From Eledone cirrhosa (Eukaryota): 64,000 nucleotides of DNA. Location: assembly GCA_964016885.1 (NCBI GenBank), contig OZ024743.1, positions 355,508,001-355,572,000 of the forward strand, in the 5' to 3' direction. The stretch's first letter is position 1. Every line of letters begins with the position of its first letter. This document shows positions 53,101-64,000 of the stretch, in pieces. The notes below the pieces were generated by a model, which saw only the letters and a list, made by a program, of their open reading frames with translations, did not search any database and was not told where the DNA came from. The translations under genes were made by a program, and so were the position numbers.

Positions 53101-55827
53101 ACCAATCGGTACCTGTCAGACAGTTCAAAACGCCTGAACAGGTTGGTGAGGCTTTTGCACCCTCCTCCTCTATCCGCTGATCCCACACAGTCCCAGCGTG
53201 CATCTAAGATCCCGTTCCAGTCGCCCACTAACACTAAAGAGCGGGACGTTCCAAGAAAGGTCTCCAGACGCCGGAAGAAATCAGGCTGCGCTGCTCCTGT
53301 CGAGGCATAGACGGCCACTAGCCTGCAAGCTTGCCCGTCTCCGCTGGTCACGTCTAGCACCACCAACTTACCTTCTGGGTCCAGGAAGATGGCCCGTATG
53401 GCGAGATCCAAACCTCTCCGAAAAAGCACAGCAACTCCCCCCCCCCCGCCCCGATCCAGGACGGCTGGGAGATGCGTACACATCGTAGCCGCCGAAGATC
53501 GGTGCGAAGGCCCGTGCTTCGGAGATTCTCGTCTCGCTGATGGCCACTACATCTATGTTTAGTGACCTGAGGTCGTTGAGCAGGTGGCCCTGCTTCCATG
53601 ACGACCCCAAGCCACGCGCATTTATGCTGCCTATTCTGAGTGAGCTCATGTTGAAATGGAGTGGAAAAGATGGGAAAGACCACTTACCTTACATCTTGTT
53701 GAGGAAGGATGGTTTCTCCATCCTTTTCACTGCTTGTGGCCTCCTCCGGAAGGATGTCCTTATAAATCCTCCTGGAGAGTGTTTGTCGGAAGTCTCCGAT
53801 GTCTTTGGGGAATTTTTGTTTTAGTGTCGTGTACGTTTTCTGTGTGATGCGAGTGATTTGTAAGTGTGGAGGTGGTGTAAACTTTTTGGTTGTTGTGTAG
53901 TCTTTTTCTGTGATGCTGGTGTTGTGTTGGATGTAGTGTAATAATTGGTTGTTGTTCAAATTTAATGCTGTGTAGTGTGTATCGTTTTGGTTGTTTTGTT
54001 TTGTTTGCGTTTGTTGTGGGTTTGTTTGTTTCGCTTTTTGGTGACTTTTGTGGTGTTGGTGATGGTGGTGTTGGGGGTTAATGATGGTGATAGTGTTGGT
54101 GTTTGTGGTGATGGGGTTGGTGATGCTGGTGTGGATGGTGGCATAGCTGTCCTAACTTTTTTGTTTGATAGTTTATTTGTTTCCCTCTGTATTTTGTTTT
54201 TGGAGAGGGAGGGAAGAGGATTTTTTCTTTTTTGGTTTCTTTTTTTCTTTTTTCCTGATACCGTTTCCCACTCCTCGTCGTCACAATCTGTCTCCAGTTG
54301 TGATAGGCCGGGGAGTGAAAAATCCTCCACAGGCGTTGGTTTTGGTTGTGGCGTGATGGATGGTGTAGGCGCTGGTGCTAGTTCTGGTGCGTTGGGTGGT
54401 GGTGGTGTTGGTTTTGCTACTGTTGCTGGGGTTGTTGCTGCTACAGTGGCTTCTGTTGTTGCTGCTACAATTGTTGCTGCCATCTCTGCTGCTGGTGGTG
54501 TTGATGGTTGAGTCACTGGGGTGGGTAAGAGAGGTGGCCTCAACCTTTTAGCCTGAGGTTAGAAAGCCCTTATGTGGGTTCCTTCACCACAAACGACACA
54601 CCTAGGCTTTCTGCCCTCGACGATTACGGTGAGGTGGCTGCCGTCAGTGAGGTCTATTACCTCTGGGATCTCCTCAATGCTTTTTTGGTCCGCTTGGATC
54701 AGGAGCTCCATCCCTGATCCGGACCAGTTCTCCTGCTTTTCTTTCGCTATTTCGATTATCTTGGTGTTGGCTTCGATTGCCGGCGAGGACGGCAGCTATC
54801 AGCCAAGGAATTTCGATGGCCGGTGGAACGTGGGTCACCCTGAACTTTACGAGTCTCTGGCCACAATAGCTTGGGACGAGTGTGAAGTCTTCACTTCTTA
54901 ATGGGGGCATGGAGTGTTCTCTAGCCTCCTGTGATGTTTCAAATAACACGTCCACGGTTCCATATTTCTGCCCACGTCTGATGTGGGTTTTGTGCCCACA
55001 CATGTCCCAAAGTTTTTGGATTTGGGACTCGGATGCCCGTTCCACTCGGCGCGATTTTATAATAATTGTTCGATAAGACACGGTGCATAGGCGCCGATGT
55101 TCCATTTTATTAGGTGTGTGTATGAGGGGGTCAGGCTGATCCTGTACCCATCTTTATTAACCATTTATTTGGCTTCCTCTAATTCCTCCTGAGTTACCAG
55201 AAATTCTTCGCACTGTTTTGATTCTCTGGCAAAACTCAGGGTGGTTTTCTTAATGTCATTGTTTCTGTTGTTGTTATCGTTATTTTTGTTATTATTCATT
55301 TTAGTTTCAGTTGTGGTGGTGGTGTCGTCAGTGGTGTTCGGTGTGGAAGAGTTCATTTTGGTTGAATTCATTTCGATATCACGAGTTAATTTATTTTTTC
55401 TTTTGTTTCTGTTGTCGCTGTGGTGCTGGTGGGGTGGCGGCTTTAACACCTGTAGTCATTGGTAATGGCGGGAAATGAATGTCTGCCTGAGACAAATTTA
55501 AAATATTGCTACTGCTTATATTTTTAGTATTGGGCAAACGTAGTAATATTTACAATGATGGTGTCGGTGTGAGGTGTTAGTTTGTGAGGAAGTTGTGACA
55601 CTGCGTCGTCCATGGTTTTTCAAAGAAAAGTTTTTGTTTGATAATTATAAAAGTTTAAATTTTGGGCTCAAGGCCCCAATCTTTTGGGGTGTCCTTTTAA
55701 GATAACAATGTATATGCACTTATATACAGTTAACAATAAAAATTTTCCATAAATAGCAATTTTAAACAACTGAAAATAACAAGCTTTTGCGGAGCTCACG
55801 ATGATACGATTTACTACGTAGGTCGCC
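53101..55827 (-). mobile_element. Tx1-clade LINE (family B), intact 5' end, 3'-truncated within the APE domain
   Basis: Collinear with 58940-61649; MSSLRIGSINARGL, VGDWNGILD; breaks at DRYRL against the satellite. Confidence 0.9.
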
Positions 55828-55829
55828 AA

Positions 55830-55863
<34 letters not shown>

Positions 55864-56113
55864 GCTTTCTTTATTAACCACAAGGGTTTACATAAAGTAG
55901 ACATTAAGGACAGTACAGGACATTACAGGACGGTACAGATGGGTATTTCTGCGTGTAAATAACAAGAAACAGAGGATGTAATAATAGAACAATGAAATAA
56001 TTCCACAATTGGGGGGAGACTTCCGAGGGACATTCGTGAAGAAAGCCCATTAAAAAGCTACAGTGACCCTAGCCATCAGGACAAGTGCCCTCTCCCAGTT
56101 TTCCACCTTTAAT

Positions 56114-59100
56114 TTACAGACACATACTCAGAGTAGGCCCATTCACTCGGGCCATTCTTGCCTCTCTCACCCATCTTTCAACAAAATGCTGGGAAAAGAG
56201 TACTTCTCTCTCTACCCTAATTTTCCTTTTCAAATAAAATTTGAAAAGGTTAATCAGGGCATCACCGAAGAGGTAAGTGCTCGTCTTCAGCCCTTTCAAA
56301 CGTGTCCACCATACTATATCTTTCCATGGCCACCAGACAGATAAAAACTGCCTGCCCTTCCCGGCTAAAGGAACAGGGCGGGGCAATCCTCACGATGGAC
56401 TCAGCTGATAGCTGGATCCGTCCTACACGCGACAGCAGGTGTTCGACATAAACCCACAAGTCAGAAATGCTCGGACACTGGACGAGTTCATGCAGGATGG
56501 TTTCGTCGCCCTGCGCGCATCTCGGACATGCCCGGCTGACAGCACTCACATGCCTGTAGAGTTTATCCCGAACTGGCAAAGCTCCTCGGTAGCACTGCCA
56601 TGCCAGGGATTTCTGGCCCGAAAGTTCTTCCGAAGAGATTGGCTAGTTGATTTTCGTCGACGCCTAGAGTTTCCCCAAGTACGTCGTCGCTCTTCCCCTC
56701 CACTAATCCTCTATAGAACCTCAAGGTGGAGTTTCCACCGATCATATTGCCCGATTGGGCTAGGGCTGTGAGTGCCTGAAGACATTCCAGTCTCCAAGCG
56801 CTCCCTCTCGGTCTTCGCTTAACCCAGGGCTGCAGCTCCGTCAAGGAGTCGAGCTGGGGAAAGACGCGTCTAGCAAACGGCGACCACGCCTAAATCACCG
56901 TCGAGCAAGAGGTGGAGATGTCGTAGCCTGAGCGCGTGTCTGCGCATCATCAGCCACAGCATTCCCAGCCCTCCACGTAGCGGGTGTTGACAGCAGATGG
57001 ATGGCCGGACCATCGGAGCGCGTCCCTTCCACGAAAAGCGAAAGAGCAAACGCTCCAGCGCAGTCAGGCGGGGCTTAGGACAAGGTACGACGGTCAGGCG
57101 GTAGTAGATGACGGACGCGATGTACGCGTTAGCCACCTCCGCTCCACCTTTCAGGGATAGCTTCCTCTCCGCCCATTTCTGGGAGAAGCCACCCTGCTCG
57201 TCACCTCGTCCCAGTTTTTTCCGTCTGGAGGTCCGGACCGAACCAGACCCCTAGCAATTTATCCAGTCCGTCCGTTCAGCGCCCGACGACGCTGTTGAAC
57301 GGCATGGACCTGCCACTCCAGGTGCCGAGCTGCAGGCCCACTGACTTTTCCTGGTTGATCATTGCTCCTGTCACCGCTTCGTATTCTCTTAGTGTAGTGC
57401 CGATCGCCTCGATGTGTTTGGCGTTCGACACCACTACGGTGACATCGTCCGCATATGCTGACACGGATCTTCCGCATCTTAGTTCGCGCGGGATCCCCCT
57501 CAACGTCTCCAGTTTGTGCAGTAATGACTCAAGAGTCAATACGTACAAGAGGGACGAGAGGGGACATCCTTGGTGGACCGAGCGTATGATGTTGAACGGT
57601 TCCGAAAAGTGACCGTTCACTCTCACCACAGAGCAGATGTCGCTGTGCGTGGCAGCGATCTAGCCTCTGAAGACGGGCCCAAAGCCAGCCGCCCTTAGGA
57701 CTGCCGCTAGGTAACGATGGTCGACCCTATCGAAAGCTTTCGACTAATCTAAATTGAATAAGGACCCACCCATTCCAGGTTCCCTAGCTAACCTCTCCAC
57801 GATGTATCGCATGAGGTGGAGGTTGTCGTGGATGGATCTGTCGGGAATGGCGCATGTCTGCGCCTCTCCCACCAGACCACCAACGACACGCGCCAACCTC
57901 TTTGCTAGCACCTTGGCCAAAATCTTGAACTCTGTGTTTAGCAGAGTTATGGGCCTAAAATTATCTATGTTATCCACCTTGTTCGGATTCTTTCTCAGCA
58001 GCGCCACAGCTCCTCGGCTCACAGAGCTGGGAATTCTCCCGTTCTATTGCCAGTTGCAGTAGACGTCTGCCAAGAGGCCTCCGAACAAGTCTGGCATCTG
58101 TACGTATAGTTCATAGGGCAGACCATCCAAACCAGGCGATTTACCTCTTGTGCAGCCAGTCATTGCCTCCCGTATTTCAGCGGCTGTTATCGGCTTTTCG
58201 CAACACTCCGCCTCAGTGGCTGAGAGCCGCCGCAGTCCGTCGAGGTAGACACTAAAGTCCATCCCTCGATCCGGCCCGCCGCTGCCCCCGAACAGCTGAG
58301 TGAAGTGTCGCTGAAAAGCTTCACACATTTTCCCGGGATCGAGTAGCATGCGCCCGTCGTGGTCCACCAAAGACTGGATCGTGGCTTTGTTGCCACGACG
58401 CACCTCCGCCACTCGGGCCTATTGAACGGCTTTCGTCCCCTCGTGTCTGAGAGCATGTACCCTAGATCTGACAACGCAGCCTCCGTGCTTTGCATAGAAA
58501 GAATTGGTCAAGGGCCAATTTCACCGCAAGTACATCAGTTGCGATGCCTTTGCTAAGCGCCTCGTGTAATTTTCTAACTAGTTCTCCCTCTACTCTATTT
58601 TTCTCTATAGCTAAAGGCTTACTAAACCTAATGGACTCCATTCTAATCGCTCTTTTCAGAGCAAACCACCATTTGTTGTTGAGGATGGCCTCCGTCAACG
58701 CCCGCTTAACTAGTTCGCTAATCCGGTCTCTGTAGCCTTTGCGCGCTGGTAAGGACGCGTTTAGCTTCCAGTAGCCGGCTCCTCGTCTATGAAGCCGATC
58801 TAAGTCAAGCACACAGATTACGAATTTGTGGTCTGTGTAGCTGACTGACTATCTTGAATTGTGGACAGCCTCTGCTGGACCTATATATTTCCCTACATAA
58901 TACTCTATCTAGATATGATCTGGATGACCCGAGACGATTTGTCCAAGTTCAAAACGTCTGAGCAGGTTGGTGAAGCTCTTGCACCCTCCTCCCCTATCCG
59001 CTAATCCCATACAGTCCCAGCGTGCATCTAAGATCCCGTTCCAGTCGCCCACTAACACTAAAAAGCGGGACGTTCCAAGAAAGGTCTCCCGACGCCGGAA

Positions 59101-59453
59101 GAAATCAGGCCGCCCTGCTCCTGTCGGGACATAGACGGCCACTAGCCTGAAAACTTGCCCGTCTCCGCTGGTCACGTCCAGCACCACCAACTTACCCGAT
59201 GGCCCGTATGGCGAGATTCAAACCTCTCCCAAAAAAGCACAGCAACTCCTCCCGCCAATCCAGGACGGCTGGGAGATGAGTACACATCGTAGCCGCCGAA
59301 TATCGGTGTGAAGGCCCGTGCTTCGGAGATTCTCGTCTCGCTGATGGCCACTACATCTATGTTTAGTGACCTGAGGTCGTTGAGCAGGTGGCCCTGCTTC
59401 CATGACGACCCCAAGCCACGCGCATTTATGCTGCCTATTCTGAGTGAGGTCAT
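56114..59453 (-). pseudogene. Tx1 ORF2 (APE, RT, zf-RVT), frameshifted
   Basis: MTSLRIGSINARGL, AGYWKLN, KSPGLDGLPYE, NFRPITLLNTEFKILAK, VHQGCPLS, AYADDV, CPRCAQGDETILHELVQC. Confidence 0.9.
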
Positions 59454-59487
59454 GTTGAAATGGAGTGGAAAAGATGGGAAAGACCAC

Positions 59488-61435
59488 TTACCTTACTTTT
59501 CGTAGAGGAAGGATGGTTTCTCCAACCTTTTCACTGTTTGTGGCCTCCTCCGGAAGGATGTCATTATAAATCCTCCTGGAGAGTGCTTGTCGGAAGTCTC
59601 TGATGTGTTTGGGGAATTTTTGTTTTAGTGTCGTGTACGTTTTCTGTGTGATGCGAGTGATTTGTATGTGTGGAGGTGATGTGAACTTTTGGGGTGTTGT
59701 GTAGTCTTTTTCTGTGATGCTGGTGTTGTGCTGGATGTAGTGTAGTAATTGGTTGTTGTTCAAATTTAATGCTGTGTAGTGTGTATCGTTTTAGTTGTTT
59801 TGTTTTGTTTGTGTTTGTTGTGGGTTTGTTTCTGTTTCGCTTTTTGGTGACTTTTGTGCTGTTGGGGCTTAATGATGGTGATGGTGTTGGTGTTTGTGGT
59901 GATGGGGTTGGTGATGCTGGTGTGGATGGTGGCATAGCTGTCCTAACTTTTTTGTTTGATAGTTTATTTGTTTCCCTCTGTATTTTGTTTTTGGAGGGGG
60001 GAGGAAGAGGATTTTTTTCTTTATTGGCTTCTTTTTCTTTTTCTTTTTTTCCCGATACCGTTTCCCACTCCTCGTCGTCACAATCTGTCTCCATTTGCCA
60101 TAGGTCAGGGAGTGGAAAATCCTCCACAGGCGTTGGTTTTGGTTGTGGCGTGGTGGATGGTGTAGGCGCTCGTGCTAATTCTGGTGCGTTGGGTGGTGGT
60201 GGTGGTGTTGGTTTTGCTACTGTTGCTGGGGTTGTTGCTGCTACAGTTGCTTCTGTTGTTGCTGCTACAATTGTTGCTGCCATTTCTGCTGCTGGTGGTG
60301 TTGATGGTTGAGTCACTGGGGTGGGTAAGAGTGGTGGCCTCAACTTTTTAGCCTGAGGGCAGAAAGCCCTTAGGTGGGTTCCTTCACCACAAACGACACA
60401 CCTAGGCCTTCTACCCTCGACGATTACTGTAAGGTGGCTACCGTCAGTGAGGTCTATTACCTCTGGGATCTCCTCAATGCTTTTTGGTCCGCTTGGATCA
60501 GGAGCTCCATCCCAGATCCGGACCATTTCTCCTGCTTTTCTTTTGCTATTTCTATTATTTTGGTGTTGGCCTCGATGCCGGCGAGGACGGCAACCATTAG
60601 CCAGGGAATTTCGATAGCTGGTGGAACGTAGGTCACCCTGATCTTTACGAGTCTCTGGCCACAATAGCTTGGGACGAGTGTGAAGTCGTCGCTTCTTAAT
60701 GGAGCCATTGAGTGCTCTCTGGCCTCCTGTGGTGTTCCAAAGAACACGTCCACGGTTCCATATTTCTGCCCACAACTGATGTTGGTTTTTCTTTTGCCAC
60801 ATATGTCGCAAAGCTTTTTGGATTTGGGACTCGGATGTCCGTTCCACTCGGCGCGATTTTATGTTAATCGACCGATTAGACACTGTGTATGGGCGCCGAT
60901 GCTCCATTTTATTTGGTGGTTGGGAGGGGGGTGAGACTGACCCTGTACCCATCTTTCTTTGCCATTCTCTTGGCTTCATCTAATTCCTCCTGAGTTACCT
61001 GGATTGTTTCGTATTTTTGGCTGCTTTGGCAAACGACACGGTGTTGTTATTCTCATTGTTGTTGTTGTTGCTGTTGTTGTTATTGTTATTTTTGTTATTG
61101 TTACTTTTAGTTTCAGTTGTGGTGGTGGTGGCGTCAGTGGTGTTCGGTGTGGAAGAGTCCATTCTGGGTGAATCCATTTCGATGTCACGAGATAATTTAT
61201 TTTTTTCTTTTGTTTCTGTTGTCGCTGTGGTGCTGGTGGGGATGGCGGCATCAACACCTGTAGTCATTGGTAATGGCGGGAAATGAATGTCTGCATGAGA
61301 CAAATTTAAATTATTGCTACTGCTTATATTTTTATTGTTGGCAAACGTAGTAATATTTACAATGGTGGTGTTGGTGTGAGGTGTTAGTTTGTGAGGAAGA
61401 CTCTCAGCTGTTTGGTGTAGCTGTGAGTCGTCCAT
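59488..61435 (-). pseudogene. Tx1 ORF1, frameshifted
   Basis: Fragments 60995-61435, 60457-60753, 59564-60979, 59488-59763; CCHC knuckle and Pro/Thr-rich tail. Confidence 0.8.
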
Positions 61436-61649
61436 GATTTTTTCAAAGAAATTTTTTGTTTGATAATTATAAAAGTTTAAATTTTGGGCTCAAGGCCCCA
61501 ATCTTTTTGAGTGTCCTTTTCCGAAAGCAAATTGTGTGACTTTATAAACAGTTAACAACAAAAATTTTCCATAAATGGCAATTTTAAACAAACGAAAACA
61601 ACAAACCTTTGCGGAGCTCACGATGATACGATTTCCTACGTAGGTCGCC

Positions 61650-61696
<47 letters not shown>

Positions 61697-62694
61697 GATA
61701 AGGGAAGAAGACGCACGGATAAGGGAAGAAGACGCACGTGGTGGTGGAAGGTCATGAAATCGCTCCCGTAAGTTTTTGATTTTTAACATATTTAAATCAA
61801 TTGTAAAATAACAATTCTTAGTACAAATGATGCATAAACCACCGAATCAAGTCTCATAAAGTTTCGGATCCATATTATATTGTTATATCGCTCAAATATT
61901 CAATTTTGTATTATATATTTTGTATTCGAAAAAGAAAATGGTTATAAATGGAAGAAAACACCTCTGTCTACACTATATAGAACAGCCAAATAACAGCAAT
62001 TTCACCAACACCAGAAACTTGATACACCACCTACCCCATCACACTAAATATAACAGCCAGATAACGGCAATTTCACCACCACCACCACCAATCCCAGCAT
62101 CATAATAAGAATTACTATTATTATTGTCTCAAGTTTTAACAAAATGTTTAATTCCAATTTTACGGGAATATGTCAACACAATATATATTAAACATACGCG
62201 ACACAAACTCATAGATACTACATATCACAAAACTCAGTAACGACAACGCCACCGCCGCCACCACTCCATCCATCATTGTTACCACTATCCCATCACCGCC
62301 GCCACCACTCCTTCATTGCTACCACCACTATTCCCCTGTTAACTTAAGAAATGGGAAGATGGCGGTATCACTAGACAAGGGAGAGGCTAGCAAAAGATAT
62401 AAATAGATTGACTTAGTGACCTGGCCAACGTCAACAACTATGGCACTGCTGGCTCCCCCCTTCCTCACCAACAATATAAAAGGCCCCAGCACCACCACCA
62501 CCACCGACATAAACAACAACAATAACAGGCAACTTCAGCAAAAAGTATATTATATTATTGTAATGCACTGGGTGATTGCTGGCCTTGTGCCTGGAGTGGA
62601 GACAATTATTAATAATTTCATTCTTAAGCCACGCAATGCTCACATTAAGGAACCATTCATGATAATAACAATTTTAAAAAAACAACAAAAAGAA

Positions 62695-64000
62695 AACCCC
62701 GTGACCAAGAAATACCGGGATGGCGGCCGGCGGGGAATAGCCGTGTCTCTAGGGGAGAACGACCCCTCTAGTCTTGGTTGACACTCGTTCTAGAAGTGGT
62801 AACACGAAATGATTACCCCTTGGCGGATAAGGATAAAACGCGACAAAATAAAGTAAATGTCTAATGATAAAATCTCATACCGGATCGGCCGTCACCCGGT
62901 TAAAAAAGGGCCACGTCCCTCAGAGAGGAACCAGACTGGGGTCGAAAAATCAGCCAATGGTTCAAACCTTCCCATCACTTCGGAGCTGGAGACCTCCCAT
63001 AACCGGAATACTCCTACTGTTGGCCCTCCATGCTCACCACCAAGAAATCCAAAGAAAAAGAGAGAAAAATTGTCAAGGGAAGATAATAAGGAATTCCTTG
63101 AGGCTTTCTACACTGCCATGTACTACCCATTAAATACATCGAATACAGAACAGACATATATCAACTGGTAAAAGAAACATCCCGAAAACAGAAGCTATAT
63201 TGACAGTAACAAACTAGCCAATATACGAAGAAATATTGTAAGAAAAAAGTTACTAACTGATATAGAAATTGATCAGATCAAGCTATTAGCACAAAGTCAG
63301 GGAAGGGAAAATGAAACATGTGTCAGTGAAAACGAGGTGAATTGTAACACTTCGAATCCCAGGGTTGGGGCGGAATCACTGGCAACAGAACAAATTAAGG
63401 AAAGGATCGAAAAAGTGGAGGGAGTGCATGCTCAAGATGAAACTCCAAATGAAAATAATGAGATCGTAAATGATAAAGAAATGAATGAGAATGAACTTGC
63501 CAACTTGAAGGATGAAATTATGATCGAATGGATGAAAATGAAAGAATCTGACATAGGGCAACGAGACACCCTCCCTAAGATCCAAAACTCCAAACAGAAC
63601 CAAAAGATAATACACAAGACTATCATAATTCTCAAAAACATTATCATCACAAACAAACGAAACATTACTGATTTAAATCATCTCTATTATGCATCGGCTA
63701 AAGTCACCACTCACTTATGTGGAGTGAAGATGAAAAAACAAAGGAATTCCCACAAGAAATCTACTTGGCAAGAGAACATCAATCGCCAAATAAACCTTCT
63801 CCGATCTGACATAGAAATTTTAACAAACTATAAAGTAGGTGAACATGTTAAACAAACTAAACTTAGAAAATTGAAAAGAAAGTACAGTATAAAATCAACA
63901 AGTGACATAGACATGCTGATAGAAATAATCAAGCAAAAAGTGTCGGCCAAAGCTGCTCGTATAAGGCGTTTTGAAAAACGATCTAGATTCTATAAGGACA
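62695..64000 (+). mobile_element. 5' portion of an R4/Dong-like RLE non-LTR retrotransposon (continues past the window)
   Basis: Structured GC-rich 5' UTR, then the ORF from 62857. Confidence 0.72.
62857..64000 (+). pseudogene. N-terminal part of R4-like ORF with one in-frame stop (63169-63171)
   Basis: KREKLSREDNKEFLEAFYTA..TYINW*KKHPENRSYIDSNKLANIRRNIVRKKLLTDIEI..TDLNHLYYASA..WQENINRQINLLRSDI..KQKVSAKAARIRRF; frame stays open to the window end. Confidence 0.72.

Larger units (their letters stand above)
55864..61649 (-). mobile_element. Full-length decayed Tx1-clade LINE (family B) between (AAT)n tracts
   Basis: ORF1 with CVVCGEGTHLRAFC knuckle; ORF2 APE-RT-zf; 3' TTAATAAAGAAAGC; (AAT)n at 55828-55863 and 61650-61696. 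Confidence 0.92.

Noticed and set aside
61697-61739. 21-bp direct duplication next to the Tx1 5' flank as a TSD
   Set aside because: Both copies lie on the same side of the element; it is a simple local tandem duplication

Overview
This is a eukaryotic, AT-rich, repeat-saturated window in which I can support no host gene. The SINE families and microsatellite load suggest an invertebrate, probably a cephalopod (Octopus-like); that is an inference. Decayed non-LTR retrotransposons: one CR1-group LINE, four L1/Tx1-clade copies (two full length), an RTE fragment, bipartite non-autonomous RTE derivatives, two R4/Dong-like RLE elements, and many tRNA-derived SINEs including a four-copy head-to-tail array. 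Other repeats: two decayed RepHel Helitrons plus non-autonomous Helitrons, a Tc1/mariner MITE, a ~3.7 kb 17-bp satellite and compound micro/minisatellites. Most interesting signals: (1) Tx1 families apparently targeting different microsatellites, (TCTA)n versus (TTA)n; (2) a U1-complementary AG|GTAAGT site on the ORF1 stop codon, and 3' UTR motifs, both shared between those divergent families; (3) several short fold-back elements in (TA)n tracts carrying minimal hammerhead-ribozyme motifs of the Penelope type; (4) a nested double-pseudoknot RNA at the 5' end of the R4-like element. All calls were made by eye from the sequence and ORF track; boundaries are approximate unless a TSD or terminus is quoted.
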